Shown here piece after piece: positions 1 through 14,156 of a DNA stretch of 64,000 nucleotides. The DNA is from Calditrichia bacterium (GTDB lineage Bacteria > Calditrichota > Calditrichia > JAJRVZ01), in the NCBI GenBank assembly GCA_963777955.1, contig CAVZSQ010000022.1, positions 288,001 through 352,000 on the forward strand, in the 5' to 3' direction. The notes under the pieces were generated by a model that saw only the letters and a program-made list of their open reading frames with translations, made no database searches and was not told the origin of the DNA. Positions within the stretch are counted from its first letter, which is position 1. The number at the start of each line of letters is the position of its first letter. Position numbers and translations under genes: made by a program.

Positions 1-1145
1 TGGGATCAAGATTCAAGGCCAGGTTAAGATCATTCTCAGCCTGCTCATAATTCCCCAATCCGTTAAAAGCCCAACCTCTATGGATATATGCATATTTGTC
101 ATCAGGGTTTAATTTTATTGCGGCATTCAGATCTGTGAGTGCTTCCTGATAGTTCCCCAGCCCATTATAGGCCCAGCCGCGCATCACGTAATGTAACTGT
201 TGACCCGGATCAATTTTCAGGGCCTTGTCCATATCTTTTTTCGCCTGTTCAAAGTTGCCCAGGGCATTACAGGCCCAGCTGCGATGATACAATGCCCACT
301 GGTCATTCGGATTTAACTTTAAGGCCTTATCCAGATCAGTGATCGCTTTCTGGTATTCACCCAGTCCGTTATAAGACCAGCCGCGTTCGAGATAGGCATA
401 TTCGTTTTCCGGTTCAAATGTCAATACACGGTCCGATTCAACGATTGCTTCTTTAAATTGGCCTGCCCCATTATAGGCCCAGGCGAGGTGAATATGAGCA
501 GCGATATTTTCCGGCTCTAATTCTATAACCTTCAGATAGGCCGGGATAGCTTCCTGGTAACTTCCTGTACTGACCAGAGCATACCCCTTATCGAACCATT
601 GTCTGGCCGATAGGATGTCAACAGCCTTTTCATACTCCTGTTGTCTTTTTCCACTCACCTTTATCGTTTCGATTTCGTTTTTTAACCGCTCAATTTCTTG
701 CAGCGACATTTCTGCTTTTTTACTGGTTTCTTCGAGCAACCTGCTGTTGGTCTGGTCGGCAAGAACTTTGGCAATTGCACTGCTCACTTCCGCCGGATCG
801 GCAATTATTTGTGCTTTTATGTAATATGTCTGCCCATCCCACTTTTCAGCGATGATCGAAATTTTGATGATCCCCGCAGAAAAAGCAGTCAACTGATCGG
901 AGGTTAGTTGAAAATTTTTTACCTCTGTTTCAATTCGGAGATAAGTCCCCAGTTCTTCTAAAACGAGTCTTTTAACCTGCTCCAGCGCGATAATCCGGCT
1001 GGAAATTTTACTGTCAAGATCACTTGCAGCATAAGTGTATTCTTTAATAAATGTTTTTTCCTGAGCGCAGGCAGTGTTTATTAACAAGGCCGAATGACAT
1101 GATGATTAAGAAAATAATAAGATTATTGGTCATCTCTCTTATCAT
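1..1145 (-). CDS. TPR-repeat protein with putative signal peptide; runs off the window start and contains indels
   Basis: Manual minus-strand translation: AQEKTFIKEYTYAASDLDSKISSRIIALEQVKRLVLEELGTY..., then TPR units (WFDKGYALVSTGSYQEAIPAYLKVIELEPEN; AYLERGWSYNGLGEYQKAITDLDKALKLNPND). There is a frame change near 1090, so the start is approximate. Confidence 0.8.
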
Positions 1146-1536
1146 TTGTGGCATCTCCCAGAGGACATATATTTTTATCTTCGATTTGTTTTAAACATCT
1201 GAATAAATATAAAAAGTTTGATATATATAAGTAAGTAATTAGTTTAAAATTTGGCAGATAGAAATTCTAAATAAATAATTATTATTGCCGGGCTTCTCCT
1301 AATTTAATGAAATCAGGTCCTTTTTATATCTAAAAAGGTGCCATTAAGACCATTTTATAGCATTATTTAAGGTCTAACTTCAATAAAAACAATTATATTT
1401 TTAGGTCCGACCCGATTAAGAAGTGATTTTGATCATCAAAATTCCCGGCAGAATAATTATATTTGTTGTTGAAGCAAAAGAAAATTATATTTAGAACCTG
1501 CAAAATATACAAATTCATAACCAATTTGGAGCGACG

Positions 1537-3234
1537 ATGAAGAAACTGTTCTTTTTCGTTTTATTGATATCCGTATCCTGTATTTATGCCAATCCACATT
1601 TTACCATCGGCAGCAATCCGTACTATACCGTTTTTGCCTATCCGCACGACTTGCTGAAATGGCCGAATAAAGACTTTTTCAGTTACATGTACCCGCAAAC
1701 ACTGCCCTGGCAGGGCCATGTGACCAATATTGCCGAACGCCCCAATGATACGTATATCAGCAATTATAATTATTTTGAATTTCCCACCCCTGATGATTAT
1801 ACCGGTGATCCGTATGCCATACGCTCCTTCATGCATGTATCTGCTTATGCTTATAATAAAAGATACAGTTTTGGCGGTATCTGGAATTTTGATAAATATG
1901 GTAAAGTATATCTGGAATTAGGCACCAACCGAGTTAATATGGAATTACGGGTCGACGGAATTGTAAGAAATAACACTACCCTGGAATTAATTCCGGTGAA
2001 TGCCAGTACCGATGCCATCAGAAGATATTATGATTTCCAGTTTATGTATGCCAATTACCTGTTTGGCAATCCCATCGGCTTAAAAGTACAGTATCAGGCA
2101 AAAAATACCGAACACCCGGATTCAAAGATCCAATTCATCAGGAATGGGCAGGTAATAAATTCAAATCACCTGACCTGGGGCTGGACCACCACCCCCTGTG
2201 CGCATATTTTCCAGACATCCAGCCAGAATTTTGACGCCTGGTTCCTGAATGATTATACCCTGTACGAGGGGGGGCAGCTGGATCTTCAACTGAGTTATGA
2301 ATACAAAAATCATAAATCCGGAATTCGCTACAGAAACAGGAGTGAACGGGGTCAGACTTACTACTGGCGCAGCAGCATAGCCGATTCTCTGCCTTTTGCA
2401 AATTTTTATGGCGACTATATTACCGACAGCAGGTATGAAGACGAGATAGCCGATGATCTGATCCGGGCCTATTCAAAGATCCGTTTCTGGAAATTCGGGG
2501 ATCTTGATATGGGTTTATTATTCTTCCTGCAATATGCTGATAATGAAAATAATACGGTGAGTACCAACCGTGATCTTGAAAGCGAGCCGCTCAGCACTGA
2601 TGCTTCAAATGAATTTACCCTTGAAGTAAATCCCTGGGCTAACTATAGATATGGTAAAAGTTATTTTGATTTTGGTCTGCTGTGCGAGTTTTCTTACACA
2701 TCCATGGCCAACACTTCTCCCAGATGGAATGATGTAATGGGAGCAAGTCAAAAAGATGTGATCAGAGATTCCTATCCCTGGGAGAGCGGTTTCAGTCCAT
2801 CCTGGGAAACCTATTCACAGGGTCATTACCTCTTTTTTGCATCCGGGTTTGAAGCCACGGCTTCCATTAATTTGCACGGCCGTTTTTCTGCGCTGGCCGG
2901 ACTTTTAGTTTTGCGCAAATACAGTTTTATTACCAAGGAGTATGGCAGTTCAGAAATTCCTGCCGGCGATTTCGAATATGTGTTCCGTAAATCGCATACC
3001 CGGCATGACAATAAAACTGAAACCTGGATGACCGGTTCAATCGGCTTTTCTTATGGCTGGGGCCCTGTTCAAACCATTGCTACCATGCAACTTCCTCTGG
3101 CCTGGCTGCTGGTAAAGAATACTGAACTTTCAAACAATAATGCCACACTGGTTGACCTGACCCAGAGGAATGTCTGGGCTGTGCAGGAACCGATAAGTTT
3201 CAGATTACTCTTTGTGGTCGGTCTGGAAAGATAA
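1537..3234 (+). CDS. Hypothetical secreted protein, possibly an outer-membrane beta-barrel
   Basis: 565-aa ORF with GGAG RBS and signal peptide MKKLFFFVLLISVSCIYA. Rich in Tyr/Phe/Trp alternating strands; no family recognised. Confidence 0.75.
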   Translation: MKKLFFFVLLISVSCIYANPHFTIGSNPYYTVFAYPHDLLKWPNKDFFSYMYPQTLPWQGHVTNIAERPNDTYISNYNYFEFPTPDDYTGDPYAIRSFMHVSAYAYNKRYSFGGIWNFDKYGKVYLELGTNRVNMELRVDGIVRNNTTLELIPVNASTDAIRRYYDFQFMYANYLFGNPIGLKVQYQAKNTEHPDSKIQFIRNGQVINSNHLTWGWTTTPCAHIFQTSSQNFDAWFLNDYTLYEGGQLDLQLSYEYKNHKSGIRYRNRSERGQTYYWRSSIADSLPFANFYGDYITDSRYEDEIADDLIRAYSKIRFWKFGDLDMGLLFFLQYADNENNTVSTNRDLESEPLSTDASNEFTLEVNPWANYRYGKSYFDFGLLCEFSYTSMANTSPRWNDVMGASQKDVIRDSYPWESGFSPSWETYSQGHYLFFASGFEATASINLHGRFSALAGLLVLRKYSFITKEYGSSEIPAGDFEYVFRKSHTRHDNKTETWMTGSIGFSYGWGPVQTIATMQLPLAWLLVKNTELSNNNATLVDLTQRNVWAVQEPISFRLLFVVGLER

Positions 3235-3368
3235 AAAAATCGGCAATTCACTTTTTCGCAAAAGGATCCGTTCCATCCCATTTTCCACTATATGTATTTT
3301 TTCATGGATAAACCTCATGCGTGCAGTTTTCGAGTGCTGTTTATGATCAGATTATTAGTTTCTCCTGA

Positions 3369-4539
3369 TCAGTTCAACGAATGCTTTTCCCGAATTGCAT
3401 CAGCCAGGGCATCCAGTTCTTTAAAGGTCTCGCTTTGCGGGCGGCCTTTGCACAGCATGGTACCGAGAACTTCGAATTTCAGATTCGACAGCAAGCCGGA
3501 GATATGATCCACGGCTTTAGTGCCCCAGCCGTATGAACCGATGAATGCCGCATACTTCAACTTGGGACGCAAAGAGTTCACCAGATGGACGGCTGAAATA
3601 ATACCGGGGTGCGGGCCGGTATTAACGGTAGGCGTGCCGATCACTATCGTCGCCGCATCAACCAAAGCCATGGCCAGTTTGCCAATATCGGTGGTTGTCA
3701 ATTCGAATTTCTGAACCGTGATGCCTCTCTCCGCCAGTGCTGCGACCAGATAGTTCACCATCGTTTCCGTACTCCCGTGCATAGATATATACGGTATGAC
3801 AACATTGTTCGATACACGGTCAGAAACCCAGTCTTCGTAAGCAGATAAAATGATTTCAGGATGATCGAAAACCGGTCCGTGACTTGGTGCAATAAAGTCA
3901 AACTTCAATTCACGCAATTTTTTTAAATTTTTCTGGATCATTGTGCGAAAGGGCATCATAATTTCAGCATAGTAACGCTTGGCCGCTTCAATGATCTGAG
4001 GATTCTCTCCGGCATACAGCTCAGACATGGCCATGTGCGAACCCAGGAAATCGCAGCTAAACACAATGCGGTCTTCCGGCAGGTAAGTGACCATGGTCTC
4101 CGGCCAGTGGACCCAGGGAGTATAAATGAAACGAAGCGTTTTGTTGCCCAGCGAAAGAGTTTCACCATCCTCAACGGTCTTGATTCGCTCAACAGGAATT
4201 CCCAGGTGGTCAACCAGCATATCTTTCGCCTTTGCACTGCACAGAACCATGGACTGCTTGTACAACTCCAGGATCAGCGGAATGGAACCCGAGTGGTCCT
4301 GCTCGGTGTGTTGTGATATTATATAGTCAATTTTTTTCACGTCAGCCAACTGGACCTTTCAACGCATCGGCCATAGCCGGTTCTACTGTATCGATCAGGA
4401 CTGTCTTTTCCGATCCCTGCACCAGGTAAGCATTATAGCTGGTACCGTCCGGAAGCGGAATTAATGCATCAAATAACCGCCGGTTCCAGTCTACCACTCC
4501 CAGCCAATACACACCGTCACAGATTTTTCTTGGGTTCAT
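3369..4539 (-). CDS. fprA: Flavodiiron protein (A-type flavoprotein, O2/NO reductase); one frameshift near 4345
   Basis: ORFs 4342..4539 ([14 protein letters not shown]) and 3369..4349 ([24 protein letters not shown], flavodoxin SMHGST and GSYGW). Confidence 0.93.
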
Positions 4540-4540
4540 T

Positions 4541-7500
4541 TTATATTTCCTTTGTACGACAATTTTTTACCGAATTTGCTGTTTGCAGTTTACCCATATA
4601 AACGAGTATCCTGTGCTTGACCAGACCATGATCCAACGGGATCAGGCCATCCTTCACGATCTGACCGTCAATCTCTATCCGGGAAACGCCACGTACGCAG
4701 TGCTCCGGATTATCGACCTGAATTTCGTAGATCGCTTCACCGTGGCGATAGATAATTTGGAAACCATCCCACCATCCCGGAATGACCGGGTCGAGCCGTA
4801 ACGAGTGTCCATGCACCTTCAGGCCCAGGATCTCTTCAATCCAGGCACGGTACATCCACGCTGCTGAACCCGTATACCATGACCAGCCACCATGACCGAC
4901 CCGTCCGGACACACTGCTCACATCGGCCGCAACCACATAAGGTTCAATACCATAACGCCAGACTGCTTCCGGATTACGGGCGTGTTCAATCGGGTTGAGC
5001 ATGTGCAGCATTTTCGCCGCCCGGTCACCATCTCCACTGCGGGCCAGAGCCATTGCCAGCCATAGTGCAGCGTGGGTGTATTGGCCTCCATTCTCCCGCA
5101 CCCCTGGCGGGTAACCCTTGATGTATCCCGGTGATGGCTCCATTTGGTCAAACGGAGGCTCGAAAAGCAGCACCAGTCCCTCATCCTCACGAACGAGATG
5201 ATTCCAGGCCGATTCAAGTGCCTGTTTGGCACGATTTGGATCGGCATCACCGCTTAGCCAGGCCCAGGATTGAGGCAGGGAATCGATCCTCGCTTCTGTA
5301 TTCGTCGTGGAACCAAGGGGTGTTCCATTGTCAAAGAAAGCCCGTATATACCATTCCCCATCCCATGAAAACTGTTCAATACACTGGATCAGCGCTTTTC
5401 GATTTTGCTGGTAGGTCTGGCTCAGCTCAGGTCGGCCCAGGCGATCTGACATCTCGATCATTCCCTTCAGCACATCCGCCATGAACCACGCTAACCAAAC
5501 ACTCTCACCCTTGCCCCCGGCCCCTACGTGATTCAGCCCATCGTTCCAGTCTCCGGTTCCCATCAGGGGCAATCCATGTGGTCCAAAGATTTGACTGCGT
5601 TTGATCGCACGCTGGCAGTGCTCGAAGAGCGGGGAGCGTTCTAATGAGATCTCCGGTGATTGAAAACTCTCCTGCTGATCGTCTTTCAGTACAGGGGAGT
5701 CGAGATAAGGGACCATCTCGTTCAGGATGTTCACATCATCGGTGGTCCTGATGTATTGAGCGACAACGTACGGTAGCCAGAGGTGATCATCGGAGATCCG
5801 CGAGCGGATTCCGGCGCCACCCGGCGGATGCCACCAGTGCTGGACATCACCTTCCCTGAATTGACGGCTGGCCGCCAGCAGGATGTGATCACGCGCCAGC
5901 CCGGGAAGTGTGTAAAGCAGTACCATCACGTCCTGCAGTTGATCACGGAAGCCAAAGGCACCACCGGACTGATAAAAGGCGGAACGACCCCATATTCGGC
6001 AGGCAAGGCTTTGATAGAGCAGCCAGCGGTTGATCAGGAAATCCGTGGCTAGTTCGGGGGTATGCACCTGGATTGTGCCTAGCCGATCATCCCACCATAC
6101 CTGGGTTTGCTCGAGCGCAATCTTCAGCGCCCGACTGTCGCGGTTGGCCAGCACCATATCATGTACCTGCTGCAACGATGAGGCCTGCCCGAGCATGCAG
6201 GTGATTTCACTATGTTCACCGGGAGCCAGTTTCAGGGTGATCTGTAACGCGGCGCAAGGGTCCAGGCCCGCTCCGGTCCGGCGTGATAACCTGGTTCGCT
6301 CCATTGCCACCGGATTCTCCAGCGAGCGGTTGCGCCCAATGAAGGTGGTGCGATCGCCTGTGTAAATCTGCGTAGGCACGCTCATAGCCGTAAAGGCTAC
6401 CCGATCTGCCAAATCCGGATGGTAGTAGTTGCGGGCAATCATAGCCTGGACTTCGTCATCCCAGTCGGTCACCACATGCATCTGAGAAAACTCACGAGAC
6501 TCGCCCAGGGTCCACTCCACATAATATGTAAGCGACAGTTTGCGTGATCTGGCGGAGTCGTTCCTGAGTGAAAGTCTTTGCAACTTGATTGGTTTGCCCC
6601 CCTGATCATCCATGGGAACGAAAACCGTCAATTCCTGCTCGATACCATGGCTATTATGCTCGAAGACCGTATACCCCGCCCCGTGCCTGGTCCGGTAAGC
6701 GGTCTCTTCGCGGATCGGTGCTGCGGTCGGTGTCCAGTAGACACCGGTTTCCTCGTCCCGGATATATAATGCTTCAGAAGGCGGATCCATTACAGGATCA
6801 TTCGACCATTGTGTCAGGCGATTGCGCTGGCTGTTGCCCTGCCAGGTGAAGCCGGCTCCAGTTTCACTGACGAGAGTGCCGAAGGTCGGGTTGGCGAGGA
6901 CATTGATCCAGGGTGCGGGTGTGTTTATACCCGGACCAAGATAGATTACATATTCGCGGCCATCCGGAGTAAAACCACCCAGGCTATTGAAGAAGGGCAG
7001 TTCCATAAAGCGGAGTGCTGCCGAAGGATCACGGGGATCGCGTTTCCAGGTTATGGGTACAGTCAAATCGGGAGATTCCAATTGCACACCCATTTGTTGG
7101 GGCAAAGCACCGCGGGCTGCCACCAACACCACGCTTGCCGCGGCCCGCAGGAGTGTCAGATCTTCCGTTGGAATAAGATCCGCACTGCGTAAATAAATAC
7201 CCCCGGGCTGCTCCACCCCGGTAGTAGCCGAATGGGATTGGATCATTTGTTCGAGTTGTTCACGCAGCGGTTGCGTATAACCACCGGTCTCTTCGTTCAG
7301 GATCACCAGGTCGGCCATCAGCCCGTGCATGCGCCAATAGGTATGCGCCTGGAGTATTTGACGGACCAGGTTCAGATCCGTCGTTTCGCCAATAGCGACC
7401 AGGACAATGGGCAAGTCACCCGAGATGGCATAAGCCCATAAGCCGGCCTGACCCTTACGGTTTTCAGCAATGCGTTTCGCGGTGGCACGCAAGAGTAGAT

Positions 7501-10500
7501 TAGGGTACAGCAGGTGACTTGCCAGTTGCTGGAAACGTCGTGCATCGTCGGGCTGGATGCGCAGCAGACGCAACTCTAGTTGCGCTGATGCCCAGGCAAA
7601 GTCCATCGCCTGATCGATAGCATGTGGATCGCTATATTTGCTCATCAGACTAAGCACCTGTTCCCGTGTTTCGCCGGCGGCTAAAACCAGAGAGACCCGC
7701 ACTCGCTGACCTGGATTCAGGTTCAGACTCTGGCGCAGGCTTAGAATCGGGTCCAGAACAAATCCCTGGCTATTGCCGGGTTCCTGAAAGACACCCATCG
7801 GCCTGGCGAGTGTCCGGCCACGACCGATAAAGCGGCGCCGGTCGGTCTCGAAGCGCAAGGCCTGACCTTCGGCCTGCTCCAGCGTAAAGCGGTGCGCAAC
7901 AGCGACAGGTGGATCATCGCTACTGCGCGGCCGACGGTTGGCCAGGAGTACTTTCTGCTCAGGCAGCGCCTCGGTCCGGATGAATAGTTTATTGAACGCC
8001 GGATGCTGACGATCCACATTGTGCGGCGCCAGCGAGAGTTCAACGTAACTCGTCAGATCGAGTTGGCGATTGTGCGGGGAACGATTGATCAGCGTTATTC
8101 GCCTGATCTCAACGTCATCTTCCGGTGCAACGATAATTTCGGTTTCACTCTCAATACCATGATCAACGCGCCGGAACACGGCACGGTCGAGCGTGAAGGT
8201 GACGTTATATTTCTCAGCCTTTCCGCACGTTGGTTGATAGGTATTGCACCATAACTGATCCGAATCGGTATCGTGTATGTAACAAAAGGTTCCCCATGAA
8301 TCCCGGGTCCGATCCGATCGCCAGCGTGTGATTTCAAAGTTACCCCAGCGACTGTAGCCGCCACCGGCGTTTGTCAGCATCAGGCCATAGCGACCATTAC
8401 ACAGCAGTTGGGTCTTGGGTGTGGCGGTATGCGGCGTTTCAGATTGGTTGACCGAAGGCGCGACCTCGCCAACACTCGCCACTGAAGATACCCGTACACG
8501 CGGGGAGATGTAGTGCAGTGACGGCAGGCTTGGGATACGTTCATGAAGCAATGGTTCAACGGTGCGTATACGCGGGTCATTATGGAAATGACGCTGCAGC
8601 GAATTATCATGAAGAAAATTGGTCAGGGCCAGGAAACTCATTCCCTGGTGATGGGCCATGTAGGTTTGCACGATCACCCCACGTTCACCCTCGCGGTTTG
8701 GTTGTTGGCTGTAATCCAGTGCTTCATAATAACCGTAATCACTCAGCATGCCCAGCTTGACCAACCGTTTCAAGTTATGCACGGTTGCCCGGGGCGCGAC
8801 ACTCACTGCCAGCAGGGTGGCATAAGGTGCGATTACAATCTTGTTCGCCAGGCCGCGTTTGAGCCCAAGTTCAGGCACACCAAAGGCTTGATATTGATAA
8901 TTTTTTTGAATATCCAAATCCCCAAAGGCGCACTCCGAAATTCCCCACGGCACCCGGTGCTTACGGCTGTAATCGATCTGTATCGCCACGGCTTCCCGGA
9001 CGGATTTATCCAACAGCGAACTCCCATAGGAGCGCTGGAAAAGCAGCGGCATGAGGTACTCGAACATCGTCCCGGTCCAACTGAGCAGCGCCCGGCGTCG
9101 GCCGATGGCGCCATACGGCCGGTTCATAGCAAACCAATGCTCGACCGGAATATCTCCGCGGGCGATGGCGATGAAACTTCCCAGGCGCGCTTCGCTCGCC
9201 AATAGATCGTAAAAGGCGCGGTCCAGGCGTCCTTCCGAGACATTATAACCGATCGAAAATAAACGGAATTCAGTGTTGTAAAGGAAGCGCATATTGATCG
9301 ATGTGGATAGTTCACGTCCCGATTGAATGAGTCGCTCTGTGGAAGCCAGCATCTCACCAGCCAGCCATTTCGATGTTTCGAAGGCCTCCAAAACTCGATC
9401 AATCCAGCCGCGCAGGGCGAACTCATCCACCGGGGCTTTCTCCTTGATTGACCGGAGGGAGGCGATACAGGGGATGTGTCCACCGGCAAGGGACAGAAGC
9501 GAGGGTGCGCGGCGCAGCGCCCGGCGAAAATACGGCAGGGCATCCGGATCCATTTTGGCGATATCTTCTTCGGTCTTTTCAGCCAGGATTGTAATCCAGG
9601 CTGAGATATCGATCTGCAATGCTCAGCAAAGCCGCGAGTTGGTTCTGTATCTGGCTGGCCCAATAGACTATGCTCCCCTGAACGGCAGCAGATCCATGGG
9701 TTTTTGTGAACAAACTTCTGACCCGATCCTCCGCCTGTCGCAGCAGGCCAGGAGTATCCGTGATAATATCCGGAGGGGATTTCCATATGCCCAGCAATTC
9801 ATCCAGGGATTGAACATCCAAAGCAGAGACCTGCTCTTCCCGGCTAACCTGTCGCAGAACTTCGCCGGTGTCGCGCAATCCCGCAAATCCTTTCACATCC
9901 AACAACGGAACCTGCATAAGCGTCTTAAGCCACTGGTCCAGAGCCCACAAGGCCCCCAGCAGATTACCGCTGTCCACGGTAGAAACGTATTGCGGTTTCA
10001 GAGGAGCCAGGGTTTGAATGTCGTACCAATTGAGCAGATGACCCTCATAGCGCTCCAGTTTATCAATCGTTTCCATCGTCTGTGTCAGTTTATATATGAC
10101 CTCATCCACGGTTAAATATCCGAAATTATGGGCGCTGATTACGCTGACCATATAGAGACCAATATTGGTCGGGCTGGTCCGCAGGGCCAGTTTCTTCTGA
10201 TGGCTGATCTGGTAGTTGTCGGGAGGAAGCCATGAGGTTTCTTTATTCACAAAATCTGAAAAATAACGCCAGGTTCGCCTGGCAATATTTCTCAGGAACT
10301 GCCGATCCTCTGCCGCAAGCAGAAATTGTGACTGCTTCAGCAATGGTCGCCGGTTAAGGAGCCAGCCGATCATCGGGGAAAGAAACCAGAGCATCAGCCA
10401 GGGACTGACCACCCAGATGTTTGTTGGTCTCCACCACTGCATCGCCCAGCCAATAATCACGCTGAACAGGCTCACCAGACCAATTGAAAACAGAAATACA

Positions 10501-13500
10501 GGCACTTTGGCCTGAGCACTGCTATACATCACCTGGGCCGAAGTCCACTCCAATAACCGTCGATGCGAAAAGTGTCGGCGATAGAAGACCCGTGCTATGG
10601 CATCCAGGGCCAGCCAGGCCTGGAACGGAAGCAGTGCTGCTTCAACCAGCAATCGCAGCAGATCATGTGCTGTTTTGGTAAGGGAGACGCTTTTGAGGCT
10701 CTGCCCGGTTGTAGCCCAGGTGAACGGCTGCACCAGGGAGTGAAAGAACAGTTGGGTGGTGACCACAATAGTAGCAACCCACCCGGCCTGAACGGAGATT
10801 AACCAGGAGATCATCAGTAAACTCAGATTGATTACGGGCAGCAGGCTGCGGCGCAGATTATCGATTACCTTCCAGCGATCGAACCAGGAGAGCGGATTTT
10901 TTCCTCGACGCCCGCCGCCGGGTTGGGGAACACGCGGTTTGATCCAATCCACAATCTGCCAATCGCCGCGAATCCAGCGGTGCTGCCGGTTGATGTAACT
11001 CAGGTAATCCTGCGGGAATTCATCATAGAGCTCGACATTGCTGGCCAGACCCACCCGGACGTGAGCACCTTCAATCAAATCATGGCTGAGGAGCAAGGCC
11101 TCAGGAAACCTGCCGGAAAGCAATTGGTTGAAAGTGTGCACATCATAGATGCCTTTGCCGTGATAGGAACCTTCTCCAGTCAGGTCCTGGTATACATCGG
11201 AAACTGCATTGGTATAGGGATCGATACCGACCGGGTACGAAAACAGCCGGCTGAAAGGTGAACCACTCATGCTCGGCAGGGATGGGCTGACGCGCGGTTG
11301 AATTATCGTGTAACCGGATTGGACCTGACCTGCGTCATCAAAGCGCGCCTGGTTCAGCGGATGCGCCAGGATCTCGATCATCCTGCGGGCGGTGTCATGC
11401 GGCAATTGCGTGTCGCTGTCCAGAGTAATGACGAATCTTACGTTGGATAATTGATCCTGGTCGCCGACGTAAACGAGGCGATCTGCCTCACGAGGCCGCG
11501 TGCCAGCAATCAGGCCATTGAGTTCTTCCAGTTTTCCGCGTTTGCGTTCCCAGCCTATGAATTTTTGCTCGGATACAGACCATTTTCGCTGCCGGTGGAA
11601 CAGGAAGAAACGTTCGCCGCCATGGCGTTGATTGAGGGTGTTAATACACTGCGTTATGGCCTCAAGCAGGGACTCGTCATCTGCACAATGGGCCTGCAGC
11701 GCATCTTTGTAATCAGAATAAAGAGCAAAGAGCAGATTGGCCTCTTTATTAGCCAGATAGCGGATCTCAATCTTTTCCGCTTCGGCTTTAATGGTCTCCA
11801 GATCTACTAGTATCATAGGCACGATGACCAGCGTCCGGCAGGAATCGGGAATCCCTGAAATCCTGAAATCCATCTTTGGCAGAATGCGCGGAGGAAACAG
11901 CCGTATCACCAGGTAATTCAGCACTTCAAGTGAGATCTGGCTCATAGGGATGAACAAGAGGGCAGCGATAAGAATCTGAATCCAGGGGGATTGTGTACGC
12001 AAACCGGACCAGATAGCCAGGAAAATGAAGGCAGCACAGAAAAAAGCAAGCCCGAGAAAGTACACTATCGAGTGATGACGATAAGACCATTGCAGGGTGT
12101 GGAAACGTAATGTCTCTTGGCAGTCAACGAGCCGGGCCAGATCCTTTCTTTTTTCGCCAATTAAATAAGTTCCGATATGAATCGACCGTTCATCTTGAGA
12201 TGAATCGCCAGCAGCCTGGGTTGCCATCTCTACGGTGCGTTGAGCAATCCCGTCTTCTGCCAGGCCGGACCCGCGGTGGAGCTGTTCTATCACCCGGCGA
12301 TACTGATCCCGCGTGGCGAAATCCATCCGGGGATAGATGCCGGCCGGATCCTGCCGCAGTATCTGCTCCACTCTGCTGAGCTTTTCGAAGCATTCTTTCC
12401 AATCAAGCAGGGCCAGCTGGCGCAGGCTGTTAAAGGCGTTCCCAATGGATATTTGATCCTTGGCCTGGCGGTTTTTTTCATGCAGACTGAGTTCGTTCAG
12501 GGATTTGTGGAATATACTCTCAAGCCAGCTCTGCACCGGGGCCAGGGCGTTCCTGTCGTCATAGAGGTAATCTATCAGCTGAGCTGCGAAATAGGGGCTC
12601 GGATTGGGCTGGGTTTCGGTCAGTTCCGCCATGATCGAGAAAAGCTGGCTGGGATATCGCCGGTTGACTGTAATGAGCCGGTTTGCCCAGAAATTCGCTA
12701 TCTCCCCTTCACGCAGTTCCGACAATGCTCGGGCAGCGAGATGATGGATACCCTCGATAAGCGCGGTACGCAGCATTTGGGGAACGGCCCAGAGTTCGCC
12801 GATCGAAAGTGGCTCCACCGATTGATAGGCCTCAATAAAAGCCAGAATATTCTCCTGATCAAGGCGCAGATCGGCATGAGCAGCAAGTTCACGCGCCAGA
12901 CCGTAGATGCGCGGTAGTCCCCGGTCTGTCTCACTGGCCAGTGCCGGCAGCTGCCGGTAAAAATGCCGGGGTACATTCAGCCGAACATCGTGAGCGTTAC
13001 TCTCCAGGATATATTCATTATCAAGGAGCCAATCGGTGGTAGGTGGTACATTCTGCTGCAGGCGACTTGCTTCGGAGAGGTCCAGGCATACCTCCTGGAT
13101 CCACCTGCGGCCCTGTTCGAGCCGCTTGAGCAGTTTTGTATCCCGGAGCGGTTTAGAATCTATCTGGTGCTCCCTGGCCAGATGCCGGGCATGGTCCTGA
13201 AACTGCACCAGATTGAATGATATCTCAGCAGGGTTCCAGTTCTCTCCAACCAGGCTCATGCGCCGGGGGTGCAGGACGAATACTGCAGGCGGGGTCTCGC
13301 CGCTTTCCAGCAAAAGGGTGAAGGGGAGGCGCAATGTTTCGATCGGCCCCTGGAGAATGATGACGGTCTCACCGGATACGAGCCAGCGTGTATGATTTAC
13401 AAGTAGATTTCGCTCGACGCCAAACCTCGATCGCCGTATCCAGGCCAGGCTGAACAGGATTCCGCTGAATCCACCCAGCAGAACGGGGATCAGGTTATAA

Positions 13501-13754
13501 GGAAATTGGCTGAGTATCGGATCCGATCTCTGCAGGCTCAGCCAGGATAGTGTGGCCAGTGCTCCGAACAGGATAAACGACAGGACTGCCCCCAGAACCA
13601 GGCGCCGGCGGAAGGGATCCCCTGTCCCGACTATTCCCTCCATGCTCTTGCTCACCCAGGCAATGCGGCGGTAACCCTTTCGCTTTAAGTTAGCGAAGGC
13701 TTCAAGGGCCTCATCATGTTTAGCGAAGTAGCCAATGAGGATGCCTGTTTTCAT
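4541..13754 (-). CDS. ndvB: Cyclic beta-1,2-glucan synthase (GT84 + cyclisation/glucoamylase-like domain + GH94 phosphorylase), ~3,070 aa; one frameshift near 9600
   Basis: ORF 9579..13754 has [43 protein letters not shown] and [11 protein letters not shown] 4541..9619 has [57 protein letters not shown] and GWSWYTGSA. Confidence 0.95.
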
Positions 13755-14156
13755 TTATACTCCTTGAAGCAGAATACCACACTGAGCAATTATTTACTTG
13801 AGATACAGGATGTATATGATATGCACGGGAACGCGGTATGATCAGACAATGATAAACCGATCAAGGTAATGTGACCCGGGATAATCCGGGATAAGGGAAA
13901 ATAACCAGGAGCAGGCATAATGTCAACACGGCCATTCCAGGGGCAGGCCATTTATCACTCAAATGAGGTAAAGCAAATCGGAGGAAAACACCCTTCTGCT
14001 TTTAGTGCCTTTCTTTGTCACTTTTTTTATTGCTATAATACATCCGTATTTCCATATTGTGGTTGTTCCTGGTGGTGATTGTAGATGAAATTATGACTGT
14101 CAGAATTTATTCTGGACAATCCGGTCTTAACCAGGAAGTATAAAAGAGAAAAAACC

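Noticed and set aside
4583..13395. Long antisense ORFs within the glucan synthase and other genes
   Set aside because: They are shadow ORFs of GC-rich coding sequence with no recognisable motifs.
13790..13955. Small minus-strand ORF or structured leader upstream of the glucan synthase
   Set aside because: A ~53-codon frame exists but has no clear RBS or motif, and I could not match a known RNA structure.
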